Of a stretch of DNA of 64,000 nt, positions 14,898 to 34,793 are shown piece after piece (the stretch's first letter is position 1; every line of letters begins with the position of its first letter). The notes below the pieces were generated by a model. The model did no database searches, was not told the DNA's origin, and was given only the letters and a program-made list of their open reading frames with translations. The translations under genes were made by a program, and so were the position numbers. Source of the DNA: Paraspadella gotoi (lineage: Eukaryota > Animalia > Chaetognatha). Where the stretch lies: contig CM119265.1 of the NCBI GenBank assembly GCA_051294375.1, positions 22,836,591 to 22,900,590 on the forward strand, read 5' to 3'.

Positions 14898-17720
14898 GTG
14901 AGGGTATAAAGTATTATGCCAGGAAAGAGGATAATAAAGAGGTTTTGAAAGATGCTCTCGGTTGTGTTTTATAACAACTTCATCTATAAAAAAAAGTAAA
15001 AGAGAAAAAATTTTCGGATAAAAATTCGAATCATTTATATTCAGTAAAAACGACAGTTGAAAAGCAGTGAAAAGAAAACAAACTCACGAAACGAGAAAAA
15101 ATCGTGGAGGGGGGGGGGTTAAATACGACAGTTTGTTTATCGATTTGAGTTTGATATATATATTTTTGCTTCTAACCGAAGTTAATGTCAACCTTTATTT
15201 ACGTTTTATATCTTCGCTCTTTAGTCTTATTTATGTTTAATGTTTAGTTAGGAGCCAGGCTTACCTACTTAAATAACCGAGTTTTAAAAATTTAAACTAA
15301 AAAGTTAAACTAATATTAAACCTTTAAATAGGATGTTGGGAAAAGGTGAGGATCGTCGATGACGTCAGACGAACGCTCACTTTCCCTTTTTATCTGTGAC
15401 GATTAGTCACTGACTCTATAAGGAATTTTCCGTGATTTCACTTTTCTTTATACAATTTTTTAGAATTTGGATTTTAAGGGGGGAAAAGCAGCCGTTTACA
15501 TTTCCTTTATTTACGATAATTGACCATGTTTTTTTTTTTTACACTTCCGATAGAATTAATCTCTCGTGCATTCTTGACGAGTATTTGATTTTGATGTCTT
15601 AAAAGATACGTTATCCTTTTCACGCGTTGCACGGAGAAGGCAAGGTAGTAAGATTGGTGATATAGAATTGACAACTTCTAGTACCCTGTGCTTAGCGTAT
15701 GTCTGTTGTCGAAGAACCTTTTTGCCTAGCTGTTGCATTAAGCTGTCTGGTCTATGAAATACGAAATCAGACTCGATTGATATGAAAGACTTTTGTACTG
15801 TCATATAAATAACTTTCGCAATTTTGATGATTTTTTTTTTTTGGAAAGATATGAAAAGGGGAGCAGAATGCAAGGTGAATCGCAAAAAAAAAAAAAAAAT
15901 AATGAGAACAAAACACTATGCAACTGTAAATCATGACTACAATATTAATACAATACGCTATGAATCAAGTGAGGAAGGCAGATTCTGCCAATTAAAATGA
16001 GAAAATGCAATTTTTGACCGAAAAGCCGTCGTACAATTTTTAAATACTAATATTTATTTTTACAATTTTAATACAAAACTGTATTTCAGCATCATGGGTA
16101 AACGTGAAGCGTATACAAAAACGAGAATAACTTTGTTTAATAGTGTTTAAGGCCAAATTAAACGTAATTTATATACTTTTCTCCACTTTTCTTATCGTTA
16201 ATATTCATATCTATCAACTATTTCTAATTGTTATCCCATTTCATGACTGGCATATCTACGTAATGAAAACAAAATTCTAAAGGCTTAGGATTTGTAGCGA
16301 TACTACAAGGCTCATCGAAACAACAGCGATACTACTGGTGTGTACACAGATACTATAGTCAATATGGGCTTTACAGCAATTTTAAAAATTCGAAAATATT
16401 TCACGATGCTCAAAGACAAATGAAAGCAATTAAATTTAAAAAAAAATATGAAAAGTGAGCAAATCTAGTCACTAGGAAACAAGATGTACAAAGTTTTTTT
16501 AAGTATTTATATGGTATAATCAAAGTGTATTGATGCATTAATTGATTTAAACAAAATAATAAAATGTTTTTTAAAAATCTTTTTTGCTACCATAACAGAC
16601 TGAAAAAAGCCTGAAGTGGGGCCTTTGGGAAGAGACATTCAATTACTTATCATTCATTGATATTTAGGCCTTCGCCAGTTCGCATGCCTTAATGTGCTCT
16701 GAAAAATATAAAGTATGCAATAATATGCAGTTATTCCAAATTAATTCCTCAGTTCTTTCATTCATGTTTTAATTAATTCTGCACCCACTCATTTATAATT
16801 TTAACCATTTATTTATTTATCTTTTTAAAACTTTCATGCAAAATTTTACAAGTTCCTTTAAAAAACTACCACACAGAATTATACAAATTTAATATTAATA
16901 TTGACACTCATTTACCAAAACGATGTCAAACAATCTTCTTCATCATTACATCTACTATAACGACTCAACCGTTTAGCCGCTGAGTTCATCAATTCATTTC
17001 CGGATGAAAAATTAACCGAAATTTAATGCCCCCTGAAAAATTCCAAGAGAAGATGGTTTGAACTGAGGCGTCGAAAAAAAGAAGAAAAATCGGTCTATAT
17101 ATCAATATATCATTATCATTATCATTATCATAATCATCATTCCAAAATTAGCCTTTTTTTTCGGTTTTCTTTCTTTTGGTTACCAGAGCGTTTGAATCTG
17201 GGTCGCGTTAATTGATTCTAACGAGGCTATGGCGCTACTTTCAATATTCGTGAAAAAAATATCACAAGTGAAATCAAATTCAACGCGTATTAAGTAGATT
17301 TTGGAAAAAAGCGGTAAAAAAAAAAACAAAAGACAAAAGAGGACAACAAAAGAGAAACGACGCAGAAGAGAAAAATGAATTTACTGAGAAAAGAGAGAAA
17401 AAAGGGATAGGTCAGGGGGAAGGTGTTACTTGGAATTCAAGGTTCAGGGTTCACTGGGAAATGTCTGTCGGTTGGGTTGCGAGAGTCTCCTCCGTTTTTC
17501 GGCGGGGAAAAGGGGTGCGGGGGGGGTTAGTTCACCCAAACTGAGGGAATATTTTGTTGGGGGGGGAATAATGGGGTTGACACGGAGTTCAGAGTTTCCG
17601 CTTTACATATTGGAGGGAAGGGTCAAAGTTTTCTAAGATGTTTGCGGATTTCAAGAGTGACGAATTTACACGTCGCGCGCGGATCCAGGGGTCAAAGTCG
17701 ATCGCGCGAAATAAACGGCG

Positions 17721-17770
17721 AATGCAGCCGGATGCAGCCAGATGTAGCCAGATGCAGCCAGATGTAGCCA
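17721..17770. repeat. 10-bp tandem repeat (GATGYAGCCA x5)
   Basis: aatgcagccg gatgcagcca gatgtagcca gatgcagcca gatgtagcca. Confidence 0.85.
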
Positions 17771-18033
17771 TAATTAGCCACGTTTAATCGGCGCCGGAAA
17801 AAAGTAGCGACAAGACTTCATAGTTTCAACGCTTCCTCGTAAGAGGGAGGCGGAGCTTCAGAGTCGTCGGCACAGGAATAGACTGAAAAGAGAAAGGGAA
17901 TATTTTGTGATTGATTGATTGATTGATCGATTATTGAACGGCAGAGCCTCTGCCAGAGGGAAAGGTTAACTCAGTTTGGTACGTATAGATTAGATTTTTT
18001 TTTATAAATAAGTTTATAAGTTTATAAATAAGT

Positions 18034-20670
18034 TTAGAGCTGATGTCTTATTCCTGGCACGATTATATTCGCACCGATTTCGGGCGATTTCTTCTCAGGC
18101 ACGACGATATTCCAACCAACGCCGATGGGATGCAGTGCACTGCTGTTGTCGACTGACTTCTCTTCCTCTTTCCCTTTTGTTTCGCTCGAATTGCACAGAG
18201 TATTTTTTAAGGAATCGGCTGAAAAAAAAAAAGAACACAAAAAAATCTAAAAATTCGGCAGCTGCCATTGATGATTTTTTTTTTTTTTGATTTTCCATCG
18301 GAAAAATAAGGAAAAAAAATAATAAAGAAGAAAGAAAAGAATCCGGGTCTTTCATTTGATCAGTTGTTGTTGTTGTTGTTGTTGTTTTGACCGCTACAAT
18401 TTAGTATTTTAATTTGGCATGGCGGAAAATGAAAAGGAAAAAAAATAATATATAAACCCCAAAATTTATGGGAGGGGGGTCAACAGGTCTGAACGGGGGG
18501 GGCGGGGTGGGGGAGGGAATTAACCATTTTCATTGTCCAACTCTCATTTCGCCGCAGAGACATAGAATAATTTTGATAAACAATCAATTTAAATTCGACT
18601 TCATATCAACTCACCGAGAGCTATTTCAGATCCTTTTTCCCGGTCGCTAGGCAACCCTAAATCCCTCGGGCTGAACTTTGACGCTAAATCCGGTTTCAAA
18701 ATGGCGGAGGATTCAACCGACTTCAAATTGCGGATTATTTCCGGTTCCGTCGTTGGATCTGGAATGGAATTTGTGGGGGGGGGGCGGTGGCATGATTGAA
18801 AAGATGTTTCAAAGATAAAAAAAATTGAAAGTAAAATTGCAGGGGCGTAATGAAAAATTTAGTGAGCATAACTCCAACAAGATCACTATATCAGTATCAT
18901 AATAAAGGGGTAAATGTAACAAATAGTTACAGAAATTCTTTTTATTCTTCGTATATCCGGAGTTAACCATTATTTCTACATCATGTATTACCACAATCTA
19001 CACATCCAAATTATCCAAAGCCGATATTTCTATTTTGTTCGCCCTTTTCGCACAATCGAATTTTAAATAAAAAAAAACCAAAACAAAAAAACAAAAAAAA
19101 AAACAAAAAAAAACAAAACCCCAAAAACACGGAAATGTCCTCAATTCTCAATCCTCATTGGTCGATTGTTGTGGGAGAATCTTCCACCAATCGTATTCAA
19201 ATAAACTCGAGAGATTTCCTTATTTGGATCTTTGCCTCTCGTTGAAGATATTAGATATTAGATATTAGGACGTGCGGCTTGAGGCTAGAACCTATAGCGC
19301 GTAAATTGAATAAGCTCATTCATTCAGCGCAGTTGCTCAAAAAAAAAAAAAAAAATAAAAAAAATAAATAAAAGAACAACCATTTCGCTTTCAACAGTGC
19401 CCAATTAAATCACCGTGGCTTTTATTTTGCTACACTGTTTTTACAGCCGAATTGCAAATTACCCCTAAATCGCCACTGTGGCTACTTTAAAAAAGTGACC
19501 AGAGACACAGAAAAAAAAAGGGAGAAAAAATAACAAAGGTCTCACCTTCTTTGAGGTCATCGCCCCTGGAGGACGTCGAGTCACTAACTTCCTTGAACGT
19601 CGTCTTCGTAATCGTCGTCGTCGTCGTCTTTTTCGTCGTCGTCGCCTCCGCCTCCGACGCGAAGGTGGAAACGCCAGGGGGCAGCGGGAGCAGCGGCGGA
19701 GCGGAAGGAACGAGCGGGAGCGGCGGGGTGGGTTCGCCGAGAGATGAGGTAAGGTGCGGACTGGCCTGGGGTTTCCTCCCGCCTTTCAGGAGAGGGTAAT
19801 GTCCTGAAAAGAAAAAAAATTTGTGGCGAATCGTAGTAAAATTCGAATCCTGAAAGATCGGGTCAATATTTACAATTCATCTTTGTTGACGTTATTTGAC
19901 CAGTCTTTTCACAGTTCTAGACGCTTTCTCATGTCTTTCTTTGAGCTGAAAACATCGTAACTCGTTATTCGATCATAATCGTTTCACAGGAAAAGATCGG
20001 CCGTCAGGAACCGTTTTTTTTTTTACGGATTCCAAGGATTTTTGTCACGAATTTATTGTACTGTGGATGCTGCTATAGTACGATATTTATTTAGACATTT
20101 GTTTACTTTTACTGGAATAAACTTATTCGTCATTTATGTTTCTATGAGATTTAGAAATGTTTGCTCCATGTAAAATCCAGTTCTTCCGAACGCGAGACTC
20201 TCGCACGTTTAGAAAATAATAAAACTTTTCTACCCATCCAGTTTAACATGGGCCAACTTAGCTTAGCTTAACTGAGAGCTGAGAGCTAAGTACTCGCTTA
20301 CCAGCCGTGGGTGCCTACTTTAATCCCCTCACGGTCACGCTGATTTAGTGCGATAGTTCTCGTGCAAGTACTTCAGTGACATTGGGTTGTCACAGCAGGT
20401 CCAAAGCCCCGATCGCCAGCAGTTGGAAGAATCCTCACTCCCCGACCATCACACACGACCCCCTTGTTCCCATACCTCACCATTTTTTGGTTGGAATCGA
20501 ATTTAATGAATTCTTTGTTTTCCGCGGATCTTAAATGTCTTCTTTAAAACGTCTCAATTCGGGAGATTTGAAAGCGTCTGTCTATTCCTCTGCCTCTATG
20601 TCAGTATGTCACTGTGTTTGTCAGTCAGTGTGTCTGCTTGTTTTTCTGTCTGTCTCCGTAAGTTTCCGTT

Positions 20671-20758
<88 letters not shown>

Positions 20759-22053
20759 GCTCTTCTTCTCCCACTCCCCCCTCGTAACCTCCAACCCCCC
20801 TTCCTCATCTCTCCCACTGTCAAAGTGTCGGCGATATTCGCCAGGTCAACTTTTGACAGATCTGCAGTTGCAGCCTTCGTTGGGGCCGCAGCGTCGAGAG
20901 GGCAGCAGGAGCAGTTGAGGACGCGGCCGCGGTTGCAGTAGAAAAGCCGTTCGGGCTGCGGGGAGGGGGGGGGCCGGGGAAGGTGGGGGGGGGAAGAAAA
21001 AGATTTAAAGTGGAACGAATCGATCGGCGCTCAAGATATTTTTTTTGGCGTTGGTCTCAGGTGATGTAGGAATTAAATTAAGGGGGGGAACCGATAACGA
21101 AGATTAACCTAGACCATTGAGGAACATACGAAACAACTGGACGTACTTTGTCTAACGTCTAGTTGGACTCGCAATTCGGATTGAGAAGCAATATTCGATC
21201 GTTTGACGATAAGCGTCCAACGGATTGCAATCTCCCATTCACTCGGTTATTTCCGGTTCGTTTTCGCGCTTCCGCGGAAATTCTTTTGTCTCATCCATCT
21301 CGATCACCCCATTTTCCTTTTTTTTCCCTTTGTTGTTTCTTTTCTTTTCTTCGTTTTTCTTTCTCTTGGCCTTTGTATATTCCTTACACTATTTCCTTTT
21401 CTTTTTTTAAATCTTTTTTTCCTCTTCTTTTGTCCATTTTTTGGACCCCAACATTCGTCCTCTTCTCTCCATTGTCGCAGAATCTCGCCTCATTTGCTCA
21501 CCGAGTGTTTCTTTTCTTTTTTCTATTGTTTCCTTTCCTCCCTTTTATTTCCTCCCTTTCCTCCCTTTCCTTTTCTACCTTTCCCTTCCCTTTCTATTCC
21601 TCTCTTTCCTTTCCTCCCTTTCTTCCATTTCCTCCCTTTCCTATCTTTCCTCCATTTCCTTTCCTCCCTTTCTTCCCTTTCCTCCCTTTGCTATCTTTCC
21701 TCCCTTTCTTTTTTATATTGTTTCCTTTCCTCCCTTTTTTTCCTCTCTTTCCTCCCTTTCCTTTTCTCCATTTCCCTTTCCTTTCCTTTCCTTTCCTCCC
21801 TTTCCTATCTTTCCTCCATTTCCTTTCCTACCTTTCTTCCCTTCCCTTTCCTCCCTTACCTCCCTTTTCTTTCCTCCCTTTTCTTCCCTCCCTTTCCTTT
21901 TCTACCGACGCAGTTAATCTTCACTTTTTCTCCTCATTTCTCTTCGGTTTCTTACTTTTTTTCGGCCCGCTAAACCGATTCCCTTCTGTTTTTCCATTCG
22001 CTCATGAAAAAAAAAAAAGAGTCGAACGATAAAAGAATCGCGAGAGAGAGACG

Positions 22054-22117
<64 letters not shown>

Positions 22118-25100
22118 AAGAGAGAGAGAGAGAAACGACGAAGAATTAAAGTTAATTATGGTTTGTTTTTAACTGAAATACCTTTTTTTTCCTCAAAAAA
22201 GCACTCGTCGGTAAAAAAAAAAAATCCGTGTTTAATTAAAAGCAAATTAGGCTTTTGAGATATATCAAGTATAATTGTCTCGCTCGTAATTAAATGGCGT
22301 CGTCTTGAAATTTATGAACGAAATTATTACATACCAGTAAAAACCTTTTAGATATTTCAGCGAGCGATTTTCCCATTTTTAGAGAGTGACTCAAATTAGC
22401 GAGCAATACACGTGTTTTCAGAGTGCGAGCTTACCTTTTTTTAGCCTAAAAAATTATTGAGCGCTTCAAATTAGCGAGCTCCGCAGACACGCCCTTTCAT
22501 CGACCGGATTACTGTTTTTATCAAGCGACTCAATTTAGCAGAGCAAGTCACTTTTTTTTCAGCGAGAGAGCATTCCTTTTTTAGCGAGCGAGCTTACCTT
22601 TTTTAGCGAGCGAGCTTTCCTTTTTTAGCGAGCGAGCTTAGCTTTTTTAGCGAGCGAGCTTAGCTTTTTTAGCGAGCGAGCTTACCTTTTTTAGCGAGCG
22701 AGCTTACCTTTTTTAGCGAGCGAGCTTACCTTTTTTAAGCGAGCGAGCTTACCTTTTTTAGCGAGCGCCCCCTCGGAATTTCTGACGAATCCGACGCCAA
22801 ATTCTAGATCCAATATTCGACAGGCTTCGCAGTTGCAGCCTTTCAATGGACCGCATATCCCATCGCAACATTTGCAGTTGAGAACGGTCTCACCGCAATG
22901 GAATCTGGAGAAAGTGGAGACAATCGAGTCACAGACATTTCTTCATACAACTAATAGGAAAATTAATCTATTCATTGAATACTACTTATACTGGTCTCCG
23001 CTGGCAATTATTATCTCCCACTCCCATGAATAGACATATGACATTGTGCCTCCAGACTTTGGACAGGGTGTGATGATTTAAAACTTACATTCTTCTTACT
23101 GGAATCGTTATTAATGAAAAATGCAATAAAAGTAAGTGGATTCGTTGGGTTCGTCGTCGTCGTAGTTTTTTCCTCATTTCGCATCAGAAGCCATTCCCTC
23201 ATTCCGGTCAAGTGTCTGACATCTTGACCTTATAAGTTATGAATGTGATCATAATGCACCTTTCACACGGTGAATTTATTTAGTCTCTGCTTTTCTTTAA
23301 AAGGACAAAAAAGGAATTGAAGGTTTGGTTGTTAATGTCATGAATTCAAATTTCATAACAGCTAAATAAAAACTACGTAGTATAAACAAACGAATCACCG
23401 AATGACAGAATGACAGAATTGCAGAATGAAAATCCTTCGCTTTGTGATCGGTTGGTGAAAGAGGTCATTGACGAGGTAACGTAGAAATGGTTAGTAAAGA
23501 ACGGGAGCTGAGGTGAAAAGGCGAGGCGCTGGAAACAACAATACGAGGTCAATGATGACGGCGACGACAGCCGAACTTTGATGACGATACGACGACGACG
23601 ACGACGACGACATTTCAGGATGACGGCGACGACGATGACGACAATAACGATACGGACGACGATACACCCGTGCCGATAACGACATTTTTACGTTTATTGG
23701 AGATGACAAAACGAGAATAACGACGACAACCGACCGACAACCAGAGTCAATTGACTCGGAAAACAAATTTCGGGCAACGAAGCGACGAATCTGAAGCGAA
23801 TCGCAATTTTGAGCTTCAAAGGGCAGAAAGTCGATATCTCGATTTGGCCGACGACGACGACGACGACGAGTCACGCAGACCGAACGACCTACTTTTTTTT
23901 TGACCAGCTCCAGTCCCAGGCTTCCATGGAGAACTATCCGTCCTTTCTCTCACTCAATTTGCTCTCGTTTCTCTCGGCCAGTTGGCGGTCATTTCTTTTG
24001 CCCAAAAAGACCTCGTTTCTTTGGGCTAGTTGGCGGTCATTTCTTTTTGTCCAATTAGCCAGCGTTTCTTTGGCTCAGTTTGTAAAAGTTTTCTTCTACT
24101 CAAAAATACCTCGTTTTTTTTAAATTTGTGCCCAAATAAAATTCTTTAGCTTTCGTTTCACCGGGATATCGTGTGGTTACGCAATTAGCATTTATTTCTT
24201 ATATTTCCCAATCAGAGTTCGTGCTTTTTCAAATGGAACCCGAATTGTCTTTCGGTGGTTTTTTGGGGGAGCAATTTAGTGCCTTTACGTACTAGCTACT
24301 AGGTCACCCAACATTTATGACTTATGAGCCATTTTAATTAATTGCTACCTGTTTTTATTCCGCTATTCGGCGAATATAAAATTAAAAAATGGCTTAGAAT
24401 TAGATTCATTTCTCTCACTCGATTTCCTCCGTCATCGAATGCGTTTCTCGTTCCATCGGTCATTCCTCTCCTTTTCGTCTCCTCACACTAGTTTAAAAAA
24501 AAAACAAACAGAAAAAAATTAAAGAAAAAAAAGTTTTTCTGTTCTTTTTTTTTAACAAATATTTTATTTATCTTTTCCGCTTGAGCTCTCACCCCCCCGC
24601 TCCCGCCCCCTCCTTAAGAAAACCCCATCTCAAACATTTCCAATCGACCCCAGGGTCGTTTACCCAAAGAAAAAGTAGTATCAGTTTGGCAAGGACTTCC
24701 AGGGCGAGCCATGTTGGCAGAGAACTTAAGCGGGGGGGGGGGTGGAAGACGTAGAGGGGTCGGTGGGGTAAACCTTTCCCCCCACCTTTTCCTCGTTCGA
24801 GAGAGTGGGGCTGAATTTAAATCCTCCGGATCATCGGCAGACGTCGCAGCGTTGGGAGGGGGTGTTGGACAAATTTCCCCCTTCAAAAAAAAGTTCGTAG
24901 ACCAGACTCGAATTTTAATTACGACATTGACACGAAAAGAGAATTATAATTACACAATTGTATTAAATGAGATAGTTTTATAGTGATGTAATACGATAGT
25001 ATAATTGAATATTAAGACTTTAGTGGGATGAAGACAACTCCGGTAACTTTCTTAACCCCAACAACTTGGCTTCGGTCGTCGCTCCGCTTCCAAGGGCAGG

Positions 25101-27058
25101 GAGAGCCTGGGGAGCTAGGAGGTTAGGGTTGAACCCGGTACCATAGAGGTTATGAGGCAACGGCTTTACTCAATGAGCCACAGGCATGAGTCCATTAGCT
25201 AGCGCTGTCGTGCTAGAATTTGTCCGCGATCCGTACCTCATCGTGAAGTAACTCCTGACGGCGAAATTCCCGTTGCAATTCATCTTCCGGTGACCAGATG
25301 AATCTTCCACGGTCACGGGTTCGATTCCGTTTTGAGACACGGAGTAAAGCGGAGGTTCGACGCCGCAACCGTCCACCAATCTATGGAAGGGGGGGGGGAA
25401 AGCAAGCACTTCAAATCGATGGGTCGATGGTTCAAATAAGTTGATTATAAATAAATAAATAACCCAAAAATAGATTTAAGTCTAATAATTAAATAATGAT
25501 CGAATCAAACAATAAACTAATAAAACAATTAGTCATTTTAATATTCAGGCAGTACGCAAAATTTAAAACCAATCAAGTGCTCACCTGTCCAACTCTCTCA
25601 GACTTTGGGTAAGTCGATCGTCGGGACTCAATCTCTGACGCAGTTGAGTTGGGGACAGAGAATCAAGGGAGGCCGCGGAAGATTTGTTGCCTGCGATCGA
25701 GCGAAGAGTCAATCGATCAAGTAAGTTTTACTTACCAAATGAAAATGAATTCATTTGTCACCAGAGATGAAAACGTAACGAGACGAAATGGAAGAAAATT
25801 GACGAGTCACGTTTGAATAAACTCTTTTTAATTTTTTCGTGGCGACTTTTTTTACCTGCAAAGTAACAGATGATGCTGATGACGACGATCATAATAAAAA
25901 TGCCGACGATAACGATGACGACGATGTGTTCTCTGGCGAAATAAGGATGGAATTCATTATTTTTTTTTACATAAGCTGGATTAATCTTTATTATTTGAAA
26001 TACGTCTAACAAGGAATCAACTATGAATACAACTAAAAAGAAAGAAAGGAATAAAAACCGAACGAAAAAAAAAATAAAGAAAGAGCTATGTACTTATAAA
26101 GAAATATATATTATCAGAGTCAGAGATATTGATCATTTATCTTTCCTCACGTTCTGAGCCCCTTATCATCCGAATCGTAGTCGTATTCCAAGTATTCGAC
26201 TTCTCCCGTGTAATAAACCGATCGGTACCCGTTGTATCTGTAGCGATAATTGCCACTGATGAACGTCCGTCCACCTGGAGAAAAAAAAGAAGAAATTACG
26301 TAAGTTAAACTAAGAAAACAAACGAACATATGACAACAACAAACAAACAGCGAAACCTTGAATCAAATAGAGACAATTTTTATGTATAATAATGACGAAG
26401 TATTTAATATAGAAGGGATATTAATAATTAAAATCTTTACCTCCCAAAGAAGTGTATCTGGCATTGCTGAATCTCGCCGCGTCCTTTCCCTCGCCTCCTT
26501 CCGGTTCCGCTGAAACAAAGAAACCAGAATTCAGTTTTATTTGTTTACCGAGCGTCGGAGATTCCATCACAGGATCTAGGAGATGGAATCTTCTGACGAG
26601 GAACTATTTGGGGATTTTGTCCAAGACGAATTGTTTTGACAGCTCGTGATGCAGTAGACGAAAACCTCACGGGCGACCTTGGGCTTGGAATCTAAAACGG
26701 CAGTGTTTCTGGCCAAAAAAATTTACCGTTTGGCACAAATAAGTCTGAAGGAATAATGTAATTCGATTTGATTTAAGGAGTATTTATTTATTGAAAAATT
26801 CATCAATTGTAAATTAAAGCCTGCTTTCGGTTATATTCTTTTTTTGGACGTTTTATATTATAAATTATATTATAAATATATATAGAAAATATATATATAA
26901 ATTATAAATTATAAATTATAACTATATCTTATTCAGTTATTGAGTTTAACAAACGAACAGATAGAATTATGCTTCAAATATCTTTAATTACCGGCGAGAA
27001 GACGGAGGCAACCGATCAGGAGGAAGAGGCCCAACGAAACAACTCTGGAAAACTCCAT
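18034..27058 (-). CDS. Uncharacterised type I membrane protein (~441 aa): signal peptide, short Tyr-rich ectodomain, one TM, PPxY, two tandem Cys-rich modules, Pro-rich PSAP region
   Basis: Exons 27058-26992 (MEFSRVVSLGLFLLIGCLRLLA), 26509-26441, 26274-26151, 25932-25856 (TM IVVIVIVGIFIMIVVISIICYFA), 25690-25585, 25380-25237, 22904-22753, 20955-20818 (frameshifted as assembled), 19803-19546, 18218-18034. All introns GT-AG with compatible phases. Confidence 0.8.
20229..20315 (-). pseudogene. Degenerate 5S rRNA-derived fragment (5S pseudogene or SINE3-type head) in intron 8 of the membrane-protein gene
   Basis: Minus strand TCTCAGTTAAGCTAAGCTAAGTTGGCCCATGTTAAACTGGATGGGTAGA aligns by eye to the 5S internal control region TCTCGGAAGCTAAGCAGGGTCGGGCCTGGTTAGTACTTGGATGGGAGA. 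Box A and box C are retained. Confidence 0.6.
21310..21960. repeat. Long polypyrimidine low-complexity tract (degenerate TTTCCTCCC units)
   Basis: About 650 nt almost entirely C/T, inside intron 7. Generates spurious F/P/L/S ORFs. Confidence 0.9.
22553..22767 (-). repeat. 22-bp minisatellite (~9-10 units) derived from the exon 7/intron 7 junction
   Basis: Minus-strand unit GCTCGCTAAAAAAG|GTAAGCTC. The first unit overlaps the end of coding exon 22904-22753. Confidence 0.92.
25120..25185 (-). mobile_element. tRNA-derived SINE head / tRNA(Met)-like pseudogene, copy 1
   Basis: Minus strand GCCTGTGGCTCATTGAGTAAAGC (A box) ... CTCATAA (CAT anticodon-loop-like) ... GGGTTCAACCC (B box). Anticodon and acceptor stems do not pair. 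Related copy at 51.5 kb. Confidence 0.6.
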
Positions 27059-27269
27059 ATTTCCGTTTTCTTTGTTTTTATTTTGTTTTATTTTCGTTTT
27101 ATCGTTTTACTTTTTTTTCGGAGTTTTCTGTCCTTATCTCCTTTTCGCTTTTGTTTTATTTCCGTTTTTTTAAATCAACAGTTTTCGTCGGAGTGAAAGG
27201 CAGTCGTCGTCATTGTCGTCGTCGTCGTCGTCGTTTCGGTCGTTGTCATTCGGTCGATTAAAACCGGTT

Positions 27270-34793
<7,524 letters not shown>

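Noticed and set aside
20818-20955. Insertional RNA editing or programmed frameshifting to explain the broken exon
   Set aside because: No precedent for animal nuclear genes; the same 1-nt indel noise appears in non-coding duplicates nearby, pointing to consensus error.
22553-22767. CRISPR-like regular repeat
   Set aside because: No unique spacers, eukaryotic context, no cas genes; it is a head-to-tail minisatellite.
24614-24886. GC-rich exon-like segments in intron 6 of the membrane-protein gene
   Set aside because: Phases do not fit the flanking phase-2 junction without stops, and inclusion would split the Cys module.
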